64,000 nucleotides of DNA from Balanoglossus misakiensis (Eukaryota > Animalia > Hemichordata): positions 8,447,097 through 8,511,096 of the forward strand of contig CM082598.2 of NCBI GenBank assembly GCA_040954595.2, in the 5' to 3' direction. Shown piece after piece: positions 23,501-37,330 of this stretch. Below the pieces are notes generated by a model, which saw only the letters and a list, made by a program, of their open reading frames with translations, did no database searches and was not told the origin of the DNA. How positions within the stretch are numbered: position 1 is the stretch's first letter; every line of letters begins with the position of its first letter. Made by a program: the position numbers and the translations under genes.

Positions 23501-26500
23501 TTGACAATGACTTGTTCTCATTGCAGCTATTTTGTCTTGACCCGGAAACAGCTCACCACTCACACACTTCCAGAGTTCAAGAGGGTGAAGATAACATGTG
23601 GAAAACAATATGATGTACACAGTTGTGGCATTTTTGTTTTGATGGTATGTTTATTGTCTTCTCTCTTACACATGAATACAGAAAGTTCTACTAGTTACTT
23701 TCCATAACTTATAAAGCATTGACATTCCCAGAGTATTGCATAAATATTGCATAAGTAGTTACCTAAAGAGGTTTTGTTGCTGCCCATGACATTCTTAAGG
23801 CTTATGATGTAAAACAGTGCAAAAGCTTCAAGAGGGAAATGAGCAAATCCTATTCAGATCTACTAGCATTGGCTGATGGCCACAAAAGTTTACAGGCCTA
23901 ATCTTTGTTTCCACTAGCCAGTCAGCTAACATTTTTATAGCAACCCAATGAGTCTCACAGATGCTAAGCTGCAGCCAATCAAATTTTCAGTTTGTTAATT
24001 ATTCACAATTCAGGGCCCAGGTCTCCTAGTTGAAAATATAAACCCTGTCTTTTGCGAATCAGATGGCCGGATTCTGACAAAGCAGATTATGATAAAGTAC
24101 ACCACTGAAAGTTGAGATGTTTGGACTGAGCAAACTTCAGCAGCAATAACAAATAGATTTTCAATAGCAGAAAAACATTCCAGATTGCTGTGCGAATTCT
24201 ATCAGAGTAACATTCCACAAGTTTAGAGGAATAACCCATTATGCATTGTGCAGTTTCGCTGAATTTCAGCCAAGGAGTTAGGAAGGTCATGTGCTTGTTT
24301 AGGCCACAATGTTTGTTGAACATATTATCGTTTTCCTTGATTCCTGAACAGTTGTATTGAGAAAAGGTTGACTGCTATAAAGAACAGATAAACTGATTAA
24401 GAGTACAGCTGCAGTCAAATCAGTTCATACATCAGGAGATCTGTGTACATGTTAAAAGCTGTAGTTTTGGAATGGAGACTTCATAAGTGCCATGCAAATA
24501 GTTGGCAAGTTAAGATTTGAGGCAGTCTTATAGAAGCCATGTAGATCTATCCCTACAATAATTTACAAGGTCAATAGATAATTATGATTCTCTTTTACAG
24601 AATGTGGAAGCTATCATTTCAAATGTAAAACCAGGTGTCATGCGTCAGCACCACTGCAGGATGTATAGAGAATACGTGAAGAAGAGGCTGCTGCAAAAGT
24701 CAATCTCAAATGAAGAGTTTGCTTGTGACCTGCCCTTTTGTACGAAGCCACCAGGTAAAGCACAGTGGGTGCTGTGCGTTTCGTGCGAGAGGTGGTGCCA
24801 TATAAAATGCTGCAATGTAACATCAGTCTGACAGGACGATGCATTTTTCTGTGTTTTATGTGCTTAGTAGATTCTTCAGCATACGCAAGTACATAAAGGC
24901 ATGGGTACAAGGTAACTGGCTTATTTTGATTAATGCCATATTTCTTGAAAACGAAAACTCAGATGAAAGCAAAATTTGGTACAGACTTTGATTTCTGTAA
25001 AGCTGAAATTTTTGTGTTGAAAAAATTTACATCGACCAATCACGTGACCAAATTGTCGCCATTTTGGTGCAAAAAATTGACTTGTTTTAGTTGTGTTTAG
25101 CTTTAACACAGCAAAATGGGGCTTCTGTTTAGGTGAACCCTGCTGTTTTAGTGTCAAGCCAAGTTGCTTGGTAATTACCTACTTTAGTACTGTATCCAAT
25201 ATATCCATCTAAGTATTAGTATAGGATAAGATAGAATAGTGTAGTCTTTGCATATTACTTTCCTTTTCTGACAAATTTATGTGCATTTGAATTTCTATGT
25301 ATGTTCAAAATATAAGCAGCTCGAATTTGCAAGTTAAGGTGTGGTGAGACAACGTTGTTAAAGTGTTTTTTTTCCGAAGCCATTTTCACAATGAAGACAA
25401 TATGATAACCCCTGTGAGAGACCACTCTCATGACCCGTGAGTGACCTCTGGTTCTGGTATCTTTGTTTCTTTTGCTCAAAGTTTCATAACAGAAATTTAA
25501 ACTTTTTGTTCCAGGATGAGTTAGAGTGCACAAGTTGAATGGTATGCTTGACTGTTGCAGAGTTTGAACTCAAAATGACAAATTCATACCAACAAAGATG
25601 CCAGGATGTACAGGTCACACAAGGATCAATAAGTGGCCTAATTATCAATTTTCCTGATAAAGAAATCTTTTTGATAATTTGGCATTGAAAGGCTATGGTG
25701 ACAAAAAGAATACTGCCTTTACAAAACATACTGAAAATAATTGTCCAAATTAAAGCTACTGTTCTTTTTGTGAGTCTTTGTAGCATATGAAGCATATCTT
25801 GGTAAGGCCAAAGTAAGTAGATTGTTTGTTTTGCATCAGTGTGTGTATGTTTTTGGAGAATTTCATGAAAAACACACACAGTGTATTTGAATAGGACTTT
25901 ACCGCTTAGCTTTTCTGTCTGCAAATCTTTGCTGATAATTTTTGTAAAATGTGCTTTAAATTCCTGCATGCTTGCAGATTGAAGTCCAAATTATGGAAGT
26001 GAATTCAGTTTCTGCTTTGATTCTTGAATTGGCACTGACATTTCATGAAAACAATCAAGTTAATACAAATCTTGTGTGTGATAAACTTTCTGTGTTTTTG
26101 AACTGCTTACCTTTCAAAATTTTGAGTGGACACTGAGTGGACCGAAACAAAGAATGTAATTACTTCGGCCTAACATATTCTTGTACATTATATATCTGCC
26201 AGCTATGTATTTATGTTGTATTGACATGGAGAATGTTGACCCGCTCAAGGGCATATCACTGTAAAAAGTGTCACAAAGTCATGCATGTGATGATAACTTG
26301 TTTGAAGCCATCTGAATTTGGCATACATAGATTGTGTAACATTCACAAACATGTAAGAATAAACATCTGAATTCTTTTAGTTTACACAGTCGCTTAATGA
26401 TTCTCCCTGTTTTTGTTTTTTTGTGTGCGTGTCCTTTTAAAGCCCCAGTAACGCCGATTTTTGGCTATTTTTTTCATCATATGCCAGCTGTATTCTCAGG

Positions 26501-29500
26501 GGGCACATATGCAAGATGCCTTAGTACCATGTAATTTCTGAACTTAATCTATGAAATATTCACTCAAGTTGGTTCAATATGTCCAAAATAATCTTAAAAT
26601 TGTCTCCTGGAGCAAATTTTACCACAAAACGATATGAAATATGACTACATTATGCTCACAATCTTCAATACTGCCCTACTACATATTCTAGGATGGTATA
26701 GGTCATTTAAGGTCAAAGACAAAAATATGCAAATTTCATTATGATTTGAGCAAACTGGGCTGAGATTACCCCTAGGAATATGCATATCAAATTTCAAAGC
26801 ACTCAGTCAAGCGGTTTCAGAGATAATGATTTTTTGACCAAAACGTGATCATATCCCAATAATTGCAAGCAAAAGTTTTATGTATGGAACCTTTGACAGC
26901 TTAAAAGTAACTTATATCTTCATGATTTCTTGTTTCAGCCAAAATAACAATTTTTCCATATTATTTCCCAGGTTGATTTTAATGCATTCCGCTGGATTGT
27001 TATGCCTGTTAATGTATGCAATTCTCACTGGTGTCTTCTGGTAGTAGATATGATGAATAGAACAGTTGGTGTTATGAACTCTGTGACAGATGAGGATGTA
27101 GAGGAATCTTACTTCAACCACTGGTGGTAAGTAGTAAAATGTTAGGTTACATTGACCTGCACTTTGCATGCATGCACATAGTTGCATTTTGTATTTAATT
27201 CTATGGGTTATAAAACAGGCCTTCAGCTTTCCAAGACTATAGTGTAACAAAAATTAGTGATAGCCACATAGTTCATGTCAAGCTGTGAAAACAAAGACTA
27301 AATTTCCATCACTTAGACATGTTCTCAGTGGAACAGTGCAGTTAACACGACCAATAGCCATACAATTGTACCAAGTTGTACAGTAAACTTTTAACATTTT
27401 ACCGTAATCAGTGCACCCGCTGATAAATTTTATCGTTCAACGTCGACCGCCTTTGAAATTGGAACAGTAAAATTTCAAGGGGCAAGGGGGTACGGATGAA
27501 CGTGTGAGGCGTGACCTGATACATATGATAGACATTCCCTTCTGTATTAAATAACTGCAAATAGAATGATCCAGAGAAAGACGTCCAGACAAGTGCAGCA
27601 GTTTATGACTCATTCAACAAAGTTTTAGCCATAATTTATTTGCATAACAATGGGTCGCTGCCTGGAGCTGTGAAGGTGACCTGATACATTCTGCCAAATT
27701 ATCGCCCAAGCTATTGTTTTGTGTCATTGTTTTGGCTGTCAATTTCACCATTTTCAAATTAGTCACCCTTGGCCCATAAACCTGGTATGCACGGCAGTTC
27801 TTTTGGGATACGTTCCAATATAGCCACCAGATGGCCATTTTACTATGCTTTTAATTGTCGGGTTGGGACTATGTCATTGACAATGACTTGTTCTCATTGC
27901 AGCTATTTTGTCTTGACCCGGAAACAGCTCACCACTCACACACTTCCAGAGTTCAAGAGGGTGAAGATAACATGTGGAAAACAATATGATGTACACAGTT
28001 GTGGCATTTTTGTTTTGATGGTATGTTTATTGTCTTCTCTCTTACACATGAATACAGAAAGTTCTACTAGTTACTTTCCATAACTTATAAAGCATTGACA
28101 TTCCCAGAGTATTGCATAAATATTGCATAAGTAGTTACCTAAAGAGGTTTTGTTGCTGCCCATGACATTCTTAAGGCTTATGATGTAAAACAGTGCAAAA
28201 GCTTCAAGAGGGAAATGAGCAAATCCTATTCAGATCTACTAGCATTGGCTGATGGCCACAAAAGTTTACAGGCCTAATCTTTGTTTCCACTAGCCAGTCA
28301 GCTAACATTTTTATAGCAACCCAATGAGTCTCACAGATGCTAAGCTGCAGCCAATCAAATTTTCAGTTTGTTAATTATTCACAATTCAGGGCCCAGGTCT
28401 CCTAGTTGAAAATATAAACCCTGTCTTTTGCGAATCAGATGGCCGGATTCTGACAAAGCAGATTATGATAAAGTACACCACTGAAAGTTGAGATGTTTGG
28501 ACTGAGCAAACTTCAGCAGCAATAACAAATAGATTTTCAATAGCAGAAAAACATTCCAGATTGCTGTGCGAATTCTATCAGAGTAACATTCCACAAGTTT
28601 AGAGGAATAACCCATTATGCATTGTGCAGTTTCGCTGAATTTCAGCCAAGGAGTTAGGAAGGTCATGTGCTTGTTTAGGCCACAATGTTTGTTGAACATA
28701 TTATCGTTTTCCTTGATTCCTGAACAGTTGTATTGAGAAAAGGTTGACTGCTATAAAGAACAGATAAACTGATTAAGAGTACAGCTGCAGTCAAATCAGT
28801 TCATACATCAGGAGATCTGTGTACATGTTAAAAGCTGTAGTTTTGGAATGGAGACTTCATAAGTGCCATGCAAATAGTTGGCAAGTTAAGATTTGAGGCA
28901 GTCTTATAGAAGCCATGTAGATCTATCCCTACAATAATTTACAAGGTCAATAGATAATTATGATTCTCTTTTACAGAATGTGGAAGCTATCATTTCAAAT
29001 GTAAAACCAGGTGTCATGCGTCAGCACCACTGCAGGATGTATAGAGAATACGTGAAGAAGAGGCTGCTGCAAAAGTCAATCTCAAATGAAGAGTTTGCTT
29101 GTGACCTGCCCTTTTGTACGAAGCCACCAGGTAAAGCACAGTGGGTGCTGTGCGTTTCGTGCGAGAGGTGGTGCCATATAAAATGCTGCAATGTAACATT
29201 AGTCTGACAGGACGATGCATTTTTCTGTGTTTTATGTGCTTAGTAGATTCTTCAGCATACGCAAGTACATAAAGGCATGGGTACAAGGTAACTGGCTTAT
29301 TTTGATTAATGCCATATTTCTTGAAAACGAAAACTCAGATGAAAGCAAAATTTGGTACAGACTTTGATTTCTGTAAAGCTGAAATTTTTGTGTTGAAAAA
29401 ATTTACATCGACCAATCACGTGACCAAATTGTCGCCATTTTGGTGCAAAAAATTGACTTGTTTTAGTTGTGTTTAGCTTTAACACAGCAAAATGGGGCTT

Positions 29501-32500
29501 CTGTTTAGGTGAACCCTGCTGTTTTAGTGTCAAGCCAAGTTGCTTGGTAATTACCTACTTTAGTACTGTATCCAATATATCCATCTAAGTATTAGTATAG
29601 GATAAGATAGAATAGTGTAGTCTTTGCATATTACTTTCCTTTTCTGACAAATTTATGTGCATTTGAATTTCTATGTATGTTCAAAATATAAGCAGCTCGA
29701 ATTTGCAAGTTAAGGTGTGGTGAGACAACGTTGTTAAAGTGTTTTTTTTCCGAAGCCATTTTCACAATGAAGACAATATGATAACCCCTGTGAGAGACCA
29801 CTCTCATGACCCGTGAGTGACCTCTGGTTCTGGTATCTTTGTTTGTTTTGCTCAAAGTTTCATAACAGAAATTTAAACTTTTTGTTCCAGGATGAGTTAG
29901 AGTGCACAAGTTGAATGGTATGCTTGACTGTTGCAGAGTTTGAACTCAAAATGACAAATTCATACCAACAAAGATGCCAGGATGTACAGGTCACACAAGG
30001 ATCAATAAGTGGCCTAATTATCAATTTTCCTGATAAAGAAATCTTTTTGATAATTTGGCATTGAAAGGCTATGGTGACAAAAAGAATACTGCCTTTACAA
30101 AACATACTGAAAATAATTGTCCAAATTAAAGCTACTGTTCTTTTTGTGAGTCTTTGTAGCATATGAAGCATATCTTGGTAAGGCCAAAGTAAGTAGATTG
30201 TTTGTTTTGCATCAGTGTGTGTATGTTTTTGGAGAATTTCATGAAAAACACACACAGTGTATTTGAATAGGACTTTACCGCTTAGCTTTTCTGTCTGCAA
30301 ATCTTTGCTGATAATTTTTGTAAAATGTGCTTTAAATTCCTGCATGCTTGCAGATTGAAGTCCAAATTATGGAAGTGAATTCAGTTTCTGCTTTGATTCT
30401 TGAATTGGCACTGACATTTCATGAAAACAATCAAGTTAATACAAATCTTGTGTGTGATAAACTTTCTGTGTTTTTGAACTGCTTACCTTTCAAAATTTTG
30501 AGTGGACACTGAGTGGACCGAAACAAAGAATGTAATTACTTCGGCCTAACATATTCTTGTACATTATATATCTGCCAGCTATGTATTTATGTTGTATTGA
30601 CATGGAGAATGTTGACCCGCTCAAGGGCATATCACTGTAAAAAGTGTCACAAAGTCATGCATGTGATGATAACTTGTTTGAAGCCATCTGAATTTGGCAT
30701 ACATAGATTGTGTAACATTCACAAACATGTTAAGAATAAACATCTGAATTCTTTTAGTTTACACAGTCGCTTAATGATTCTCCCTGTTTTTGTTTTTTTG
30801 TGTGCGTGTCCTTTTAAAGCCCCAGTAACGCCGATTTTTGGCTATTTTTTTCATCATATGCCAGCTGTATTCTCAGGGGGCACATATGCAAGATGCCTTA
30901 GTACCATGTAATTTCTGAACTTAATCTATGAAATATTCACTCAAGTTGGTTCAATATGTCCAAAATAATCTTAAAATTGTCTCCTGGAGCAAATTTTACC
31001 ACAAAACGATATGAAATATGACTACATTATGCTCACAATCTTCAATACTGCCCTACTACATATTCTAGGATGGTATAGGTCATTTAAGGTCAAAGACAAA
31101 AATATGCAAATTTCATTATGATTTGAGCAAACTGGGCTGAGATCACCCCTAGGAATATGCATATCAAATTTCAAAGCACTCAGTCAAGCGGTTTCAGAGA
31201 TAATGATTTTTTGACCAAAACGTGATCATATCCCAATAATTGCAAGCAAAAGTTTTATGTATGGAACCTTTGACAGCTTAAAAGTAACTTATATCTTCAT
31301 GATTTCTTGTTTCAGCCAAAATAACAATTTTTCCATATTATTTCCCAGGTTGATTTTAATGCATTCCGCTGGATTGTTATGCCTGTTAATGTATGCAATT
31401 CTCACTGGTGTCTTCTGGTAGTAGATATGATGAATAGACCAGTTGGTGTTATGAACTCTGTGACAGATGAGGATGTAGAGGAATCTTACTTCAACCACTG
31501 GTGGTAAGTAGTAGAATGTTAGGTTACATTGACCTGCACTTTGCATGCATGCACATAGTTGCATTTTGTATTTAATTCTATGGGTTATAAAACAGGCCTT
31601 CAGCTTTCCAAGACTATAGTGTAACAAAAATTAGTGATAGCCACATAGTTCATGTCAAGCTGTGAAAACAAAGACTAAATTTCCATCACTTAGACATGTT
31701 CTCAGTGGAACAGTGCAGTTAACACGACCAATAGCCATACAATTGTACCAAGTTGTACAGTAAACTTTTAACATTTTACCGTAATCAGTGCACCCGCTGA
31801 TAAATTTTATCGTTCAACGTCGACCGCCTTTGAAATTGGAACAGTAAAATTTCAAGGGGCAAGGGGGTACGGATGAACGTGTGAGGCGTGACCTGATACA
31901 TATGATAGACATTCCCTTCTGTATTAAATAACTGCAAATAGAATGATCCAGAGAAAGACGTCCAGACAAGTGCAGCAGTTTATGACTCATTCAACAAAGT
32001 TTTAGCCATAATTTATTTGCATAACAATGGGTCGCTGCCTGGAGCTGTGAAGGTGACCTGATACATTCTGCCAAATTATCGCCCAAGCTATTGTTTTGTG
32101 TCATTGTTTTGGCTGTCAATTTCACCATTTTCAAATTAGTCACCCTTGGCCCATAAACCTGGTATGCACGGCAGTTCTTTTGGGATACGTTCCAATATAG
32201 CCACCAGATGGCCATTTTACTATGCTTTTAATTGTCGGGTTGGGACTATGTCATTGACAATGACTTGTTCTCATTGCAGCTATTTTGTCTTGACCCGGAA
32301 ACAGCTCACCACTCACACACTTCCAGAGTTCAAGAGGGTGAAGATAACATGTGGAAAACAATATGATGTACACAGTTGTGGCATTTTTGTTTTGATGGTA
32401 TGTTTATTGTCTTCTCTCTTACACATGAATACAGAAAGTTCTACTAGTTACTTTCCATAACTTATAAAGCATTGACATTCCCAGAGTATTGCATAAATAT

Positions 32501-35329
32501 TGCATAAGTAGTTACCTAAAGAGGTTTTGTTGCTGCCCATGACATTCTTAAGGCTTATGATGTAAAACAGTGCAAAAGCTTCAAGAGGGAAATGAGCAAA
32601 TCCTATTCAGATCTACTAGCATTGGCTGATGGCCACAAAAGTTTACAGGCCTAATCTTTGTTTCCACTAGCCAGTCAGCTAACATTTTTATAGCAACCCA
32701 ATGAGTCTCACAGATGCTAAGCTGCAGCCAATCAAATTTTCAGTTTGTTAATTATTCACAATTCAGGGCCCAGGTCTCCTAGTTGAAAATATAAACCCTG
32801 TCTTTTGCGAATCAGATGGCCGGATTCTGACAAAGCAGATTATGATAAAGTACACCACTGAAAGTTGAGATGTTTGGACTGAGCAAACTTCAGCAGCAAT
32901 AACAAATAGATTTTCAATAGCAGAAAAACATTCCAGATTGCTGTGCGAATTCTATCAGAGTAACATTCCACAAGTTTAGAGGAATAACCCATTATGCATT
33001 GTGCAGTTTCGCTGAATTTCAGCCAAGGAGTTAGGAAGGTCATGTGCTTGTTTAGGCCACAATGTTTGTTGAACATATTATCGTTTTCCTTGATTCCTGA
33101 ACAGTTGTATTGAGAAAAGGTTGACTGCTATAAAGAACAGATAAACTGATTAAGAGTACAGCTGCAGTCAAATCAGTTCATACATCAGGAGATCTGTGTA
33201 CATGTTAAAAGCTGTAGTTTTGGAATGGAGACTTCATAAGTGCCATGCAAATAGTTGGCAAGTTAAGATTTGAGGCAGTCTTATAGAAGCCATGTAGATC
33301 TATCCCTACAATAATTTACAAGGTCAATAGATAATTATGATTCTCTTTTACAGAATGTGGAAGCTATCATTTCAAATGTAAAACCAGGTGTCATGCGTCA
33401 GCACCACTGCAGGATGTATAGAGAATACGTGAAGAAGAGGCTGCTGCAAAAGTCAATCTCAAATGAAGAGTTTGCTTGTGACCTGCCCTTTTGTACGAAG
33501 CCACCAGGTAAAGCACAGTGGGTGCTGTGCGTTTCGTGCGAGAGGTGGTGCCATATAAAATGCTGCAATGTAACATTAGTCTGACAGGACGATGCATTTT
33601 TCTGTGTTTTATGTGCTTAGTAGATTCTTCAGCATACGCAAGTACATAAAGGCATGGGTACAAGGTAACTGGCTTATTTTGATTAATGCCATATTTCTTG
33701 AAAACGAAAACTCAGATGAAAGCAAAATTTGGTACAGACTTTGATTTCTGTAAAGCTGAAATTTTTGTGTTGAAAAAATTTACATCGACCAATCACGTGA
33801 CCAAATTGTCGCCATTTTGGTGCAAAAAATTGACTTGTTTTAGTTGTGTTTAGCTTTAACACAGCAAAATGGGGCTTCTGTTTAGGTGAACCCTGCTGTT
33901 TTAGTGTCAAGCCAAGTTGCTTGGTAATTACCTACTTTAGTACTGTATCCAATATATCCATCTAAGTATTAGTATAGGATAAGATAGAATAGTGTAGTCT
34001 TTGCATATTACTTTCCTTTTCTGACAAATTTATGTGCATTTGAATTTCTATGTATGTTCAAAATATAAGCAGCTCGAATTTGCAAGTTAAGGTGTGGTGA
34101 GACAACGTTGTTAAAGTGTTTTTTTTCCGAAGCCATTTTCACAATGAAGACAATATGATAACCCCTGTGAGAGACCACTCTCATGACCCGTGAGTGACCT
34201 CTGGTTCTGGTATCTTTGTTTCTTTTGCTCAAAGTTTCATAACAGAAATTTAAACTTTTTGTTCCAGGATGAGTTAGAGTGCACAAGTTGAATGGTATGC
34301 TTGACTGTTGCAGAGTTTGAACTCAAAATGACAAATTCATACCAACAAAGATGCCAGGATGTACAGGTCACACAAGGATCAATAAGTGGCCTAATTATCA
34401 ATTTTCCTGATAAAGAAATCTTTTTGATAATTTGGCATTGAAAGGCTATGGTGACAAAAAGAATACTGCCTTTACAAAACATACTGAAAATAATTGTCCA
34501 AATTAAAGCTACTGTTCTTTTTGTGAGTCTTTGTAGCATATGAAGCATATCTTGGTAAGGCCAAAGTAAGTAGATTGTTTGTTTTGCATCAGTGTGTGTA
34601 TGTTTTTGGAGAATTTCATGAAAAACACACACAGTGTATTTGAATAGGACTTTACCGCTTAGCTTTTCTGTCTGCAAATCTTTGCTGATAATTTTTGTAA
34701 AATGTGCTTTAAATTCCTGCATGCTTGCAGATTGAAGTCCAAATTATGGAAGTGAATTCAGTTTCTGCTTTGATTCTTGAATTGGCACTGACATTTCATG
34801 AAAACAATCAAGTTAATACAAATCTTGTGTGTGATAAACTTTCTGTGTTTTTGAACTGCTTACCTTTCAAAATTTTGAGTGGACACTGAGTGGACCGAAA
34901 CAAAGAATGTAATTACTTCGGCCTAACATATTCTTGTACATTATATATCTGCCAGCTATGTATTTATGTTGTATTGACATGGAGAATGTTGACCCGCTCA
35001 AGGGCATATCACTGTAAAAAGTGTCACAAAGTCATGCATGTGATGATAACTTGTTTGAAGCCATCTGAATTTGGCATACATAGATTGTGTAACATTCACA
35101 AACATGTTAAGAATAAACATCTGAATTCTTTTAGTTTACACAGTCGCTTAATGATTCTCCCTGTTTTTGTTTTTTTGTGTGCGTGTCCTTTTAAAGCCCC
35201 AGTAACGCCGATTTTTGGCTATTTTTTTCATCATATGCCAGCTGTATTCTCAGGGGGCACATATGCAAGATGCCTTAGTACCATGTAATTTCTGAACTTA
35301 ATCTATGAAATATTCACTCAAGTTGGTTC

Positions 35330-36190
35330 AATATGTCCAAAATAATCTTAAAATTGTCTCCTGGAGCAAATTTTACCACAAAACGATATGAAATATGACT
35401 ACATTATGCTCACAATCTTCAATACTGCCCTACTACATATTCTAGGATGGTATAGGTCATTTAAGGTCAAAGACAAAAATATGCAAATTTCATTATGATT
35501 TGAGCAAACTGGGCTGAGATCACCCCTAGGAATATGCATATCAAATTTCAAAGCACTCAGTCAAGCGGTTTCAGAGATAATGATTTTTTGACCAAAAATG
35601 TTTAAAATTGCACCAAAAATACATACATGCAAATTTCATTATGATTTGAACAAATCTGACAGTGGTCACCCCTAAGAACGTCAATGTCAAATCTCAAAGC
35701 AATAGGACAAGTCCGTTTCAGAAAAGAAGATTTTTCTACCAAAAATGAAGAAAATTAACAAAAAAATTCATTAAAAATAGAAAATTCCAGATATCTACAC
35801 AAAATGAACAAAACTACATGAGGCCCATATCAGGAACTTCCATATAAATTTTCAAAGCAATCAGACGAGTGGTTATGAAGAAGAAGATTTTTACCAAAAA
35901 TGAGATTTTTTGAGCTCATTTGCATATTTTTGAGAATATCTTCAAAAATAAAAAAAAACGTCTGGGCGTATACCCATGACACATCCACACACTGAATTTC
36001 AAGTTTGTGAGCGCTTCGGTTCTCAAAATATTTGAGTGGACGGAAATCCTCACATACATACATACATACATACATACATACATACATACATACATACATA
36101 CATACATACAGACTGACTGACGACAGACACAGGTCAAAGGTCAAAATACCCATTTTAACAGCTTCTATAGACCATAGACTATAGTAGCTA
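35330..36190 (+). mobile_element. HINE/DINE-like element with (CATA)n; its 5' part is included in each 4.4-kb unit
   Basis: Diverged internal repeats (atgcaaatttcattatgatttga; caaagcaat..; gaagaagattttt), a (CATA)n tract, ggtcaaaggtca, and a terminal hairpin agcttctatag..ctatagtagct followed by aaaaa. The 5' boundary is uncertain. Confidence 0.55.
36052..36108. repeat. (CATA)n microsatellite
   Basis: About 14 perfect ACAT units. Confidence 0.95.
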
Positions 36191-36832
36191 AAAATGAAGA
36201 AAGCACTGGCACAAACTAGCACAAATACACACACGCACGCGCGTACCCAAGGGAGACAAAAAAAAAGAAAGATGACTTTAACAAAACTTGAATGACCTAA
36301 GGTTGCGACTGGTTTTCAATGACAGAAAGACTTCATTCTATACCCTCATTATTTATGGTCTTATTTTCGGCAAATACAAGTTGTTGGACGAAGTTGAACT
36401 TATTGATCTTGCCAAATGAACATTTGCAGGTTGAAAAAGCTTGTACATATACTTGACAATTTTGAAAATCATGACACCTTTATGATAATAAGTTAGTTTC
36501 CGTGATCGTTAAGACTTACCTAGTTGCAACCTCAATCATATAATGCAAATAAACAGCCATAAGAAATACATTAAAAGGGCAGCATATTTATTTAATTTTA
36601 ATGACGCAAACCCATGACATTTCATAAACTCAATCTTCATACATAAATCAGTAAGAAAGTTGACCCACGATCGCCTTTGATGGAGATTCAGAACCTTAAA
36701 TATTACAAGGCCTCGTACCTTATAAGGAAGACGATTGCGCCAATACACATTAAAGTAAATTTGCTTGTCAGATGAGACATTAACATAACCGTTATTTGCT
36801 GTGTTTGATGATCATACAAACAAAGCCTCAGG

Positions 36833-37330
36833 ATCGTGTCGATAAGAAATAAAAAGCGATTATCGACACGATGATCGTACAAATAAGCAGAAAATGCTGA
36901 TAATCAACACGACCATCGTGTCGATAAGTAAGAAAAACTACGTATCGACACGAACATCGTGTCGATAATCAGCTTGTTTTTCTTATCGACACGACCATCC
37001 TGTCGGAACTGGAATTGCTTACCCACACGATGATAAGTAAAAAATGCTGATAATCAACACGACCACCGTGTCGATAAGTAAGAAAAACTACGTATCGACA
37101 CGACCATCGTGTCGATAATTCGTTTGTTTTTCTTATCGACACGATAGTGATCGTGCAAATAAGCTGAAAATGCTTCTTATTGACATGATCACCGTGTCGA
37201 TAAGAAAAAAAAAACACGTTATCGACAAGATGGTCGTGTCGATACGTAGTTTTTCTTACTTATCGACACGGTGGTCGTGTTGATAAAGCATTTTTTCCCT
37301 TATCCACACGACGATCGTGTCGATAGGCGC
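36833..37330. repeat. Array of palindromic TATCGACACG-N5-CGTGTCGATA units with internal inverted symmetry
   Basis: About 11 units separated by short A/T-rich linkers. 37219-37295 is the reverse complement of 37042-37118. Confidence 0.88.

Larger units (their letters stand above)
18122..35597. repeat. Tandem array of four near-identical ~4.37-kb units containing exons 4-6 and the 3' flank
   Basis: Units start (aacgtgatcatatccc) at 18122, 22466, 26842 and 31219, with lengths 4344, 4376, 4377 and 4377. The junction has 2-bp AA microhomology. The ORF track repeats almost identically. Confidence 0.97.

Noticed and set aside
18530-35290. Repeated 70-160-aa ORFs in introns and 3' flank of the 4.4-kb units
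   Set aside because: They recur only because the DNA is duplicated, show no motifs, and one is broken by a 1-bp indel in copy 2.
36833-37330. CRISPR-like array of palindromic repeats
   Set aside because: The linkers are short, A/T-rich and themselves repeated or inverted. There are no cas genes, and the context is eukaryotic and spliced.
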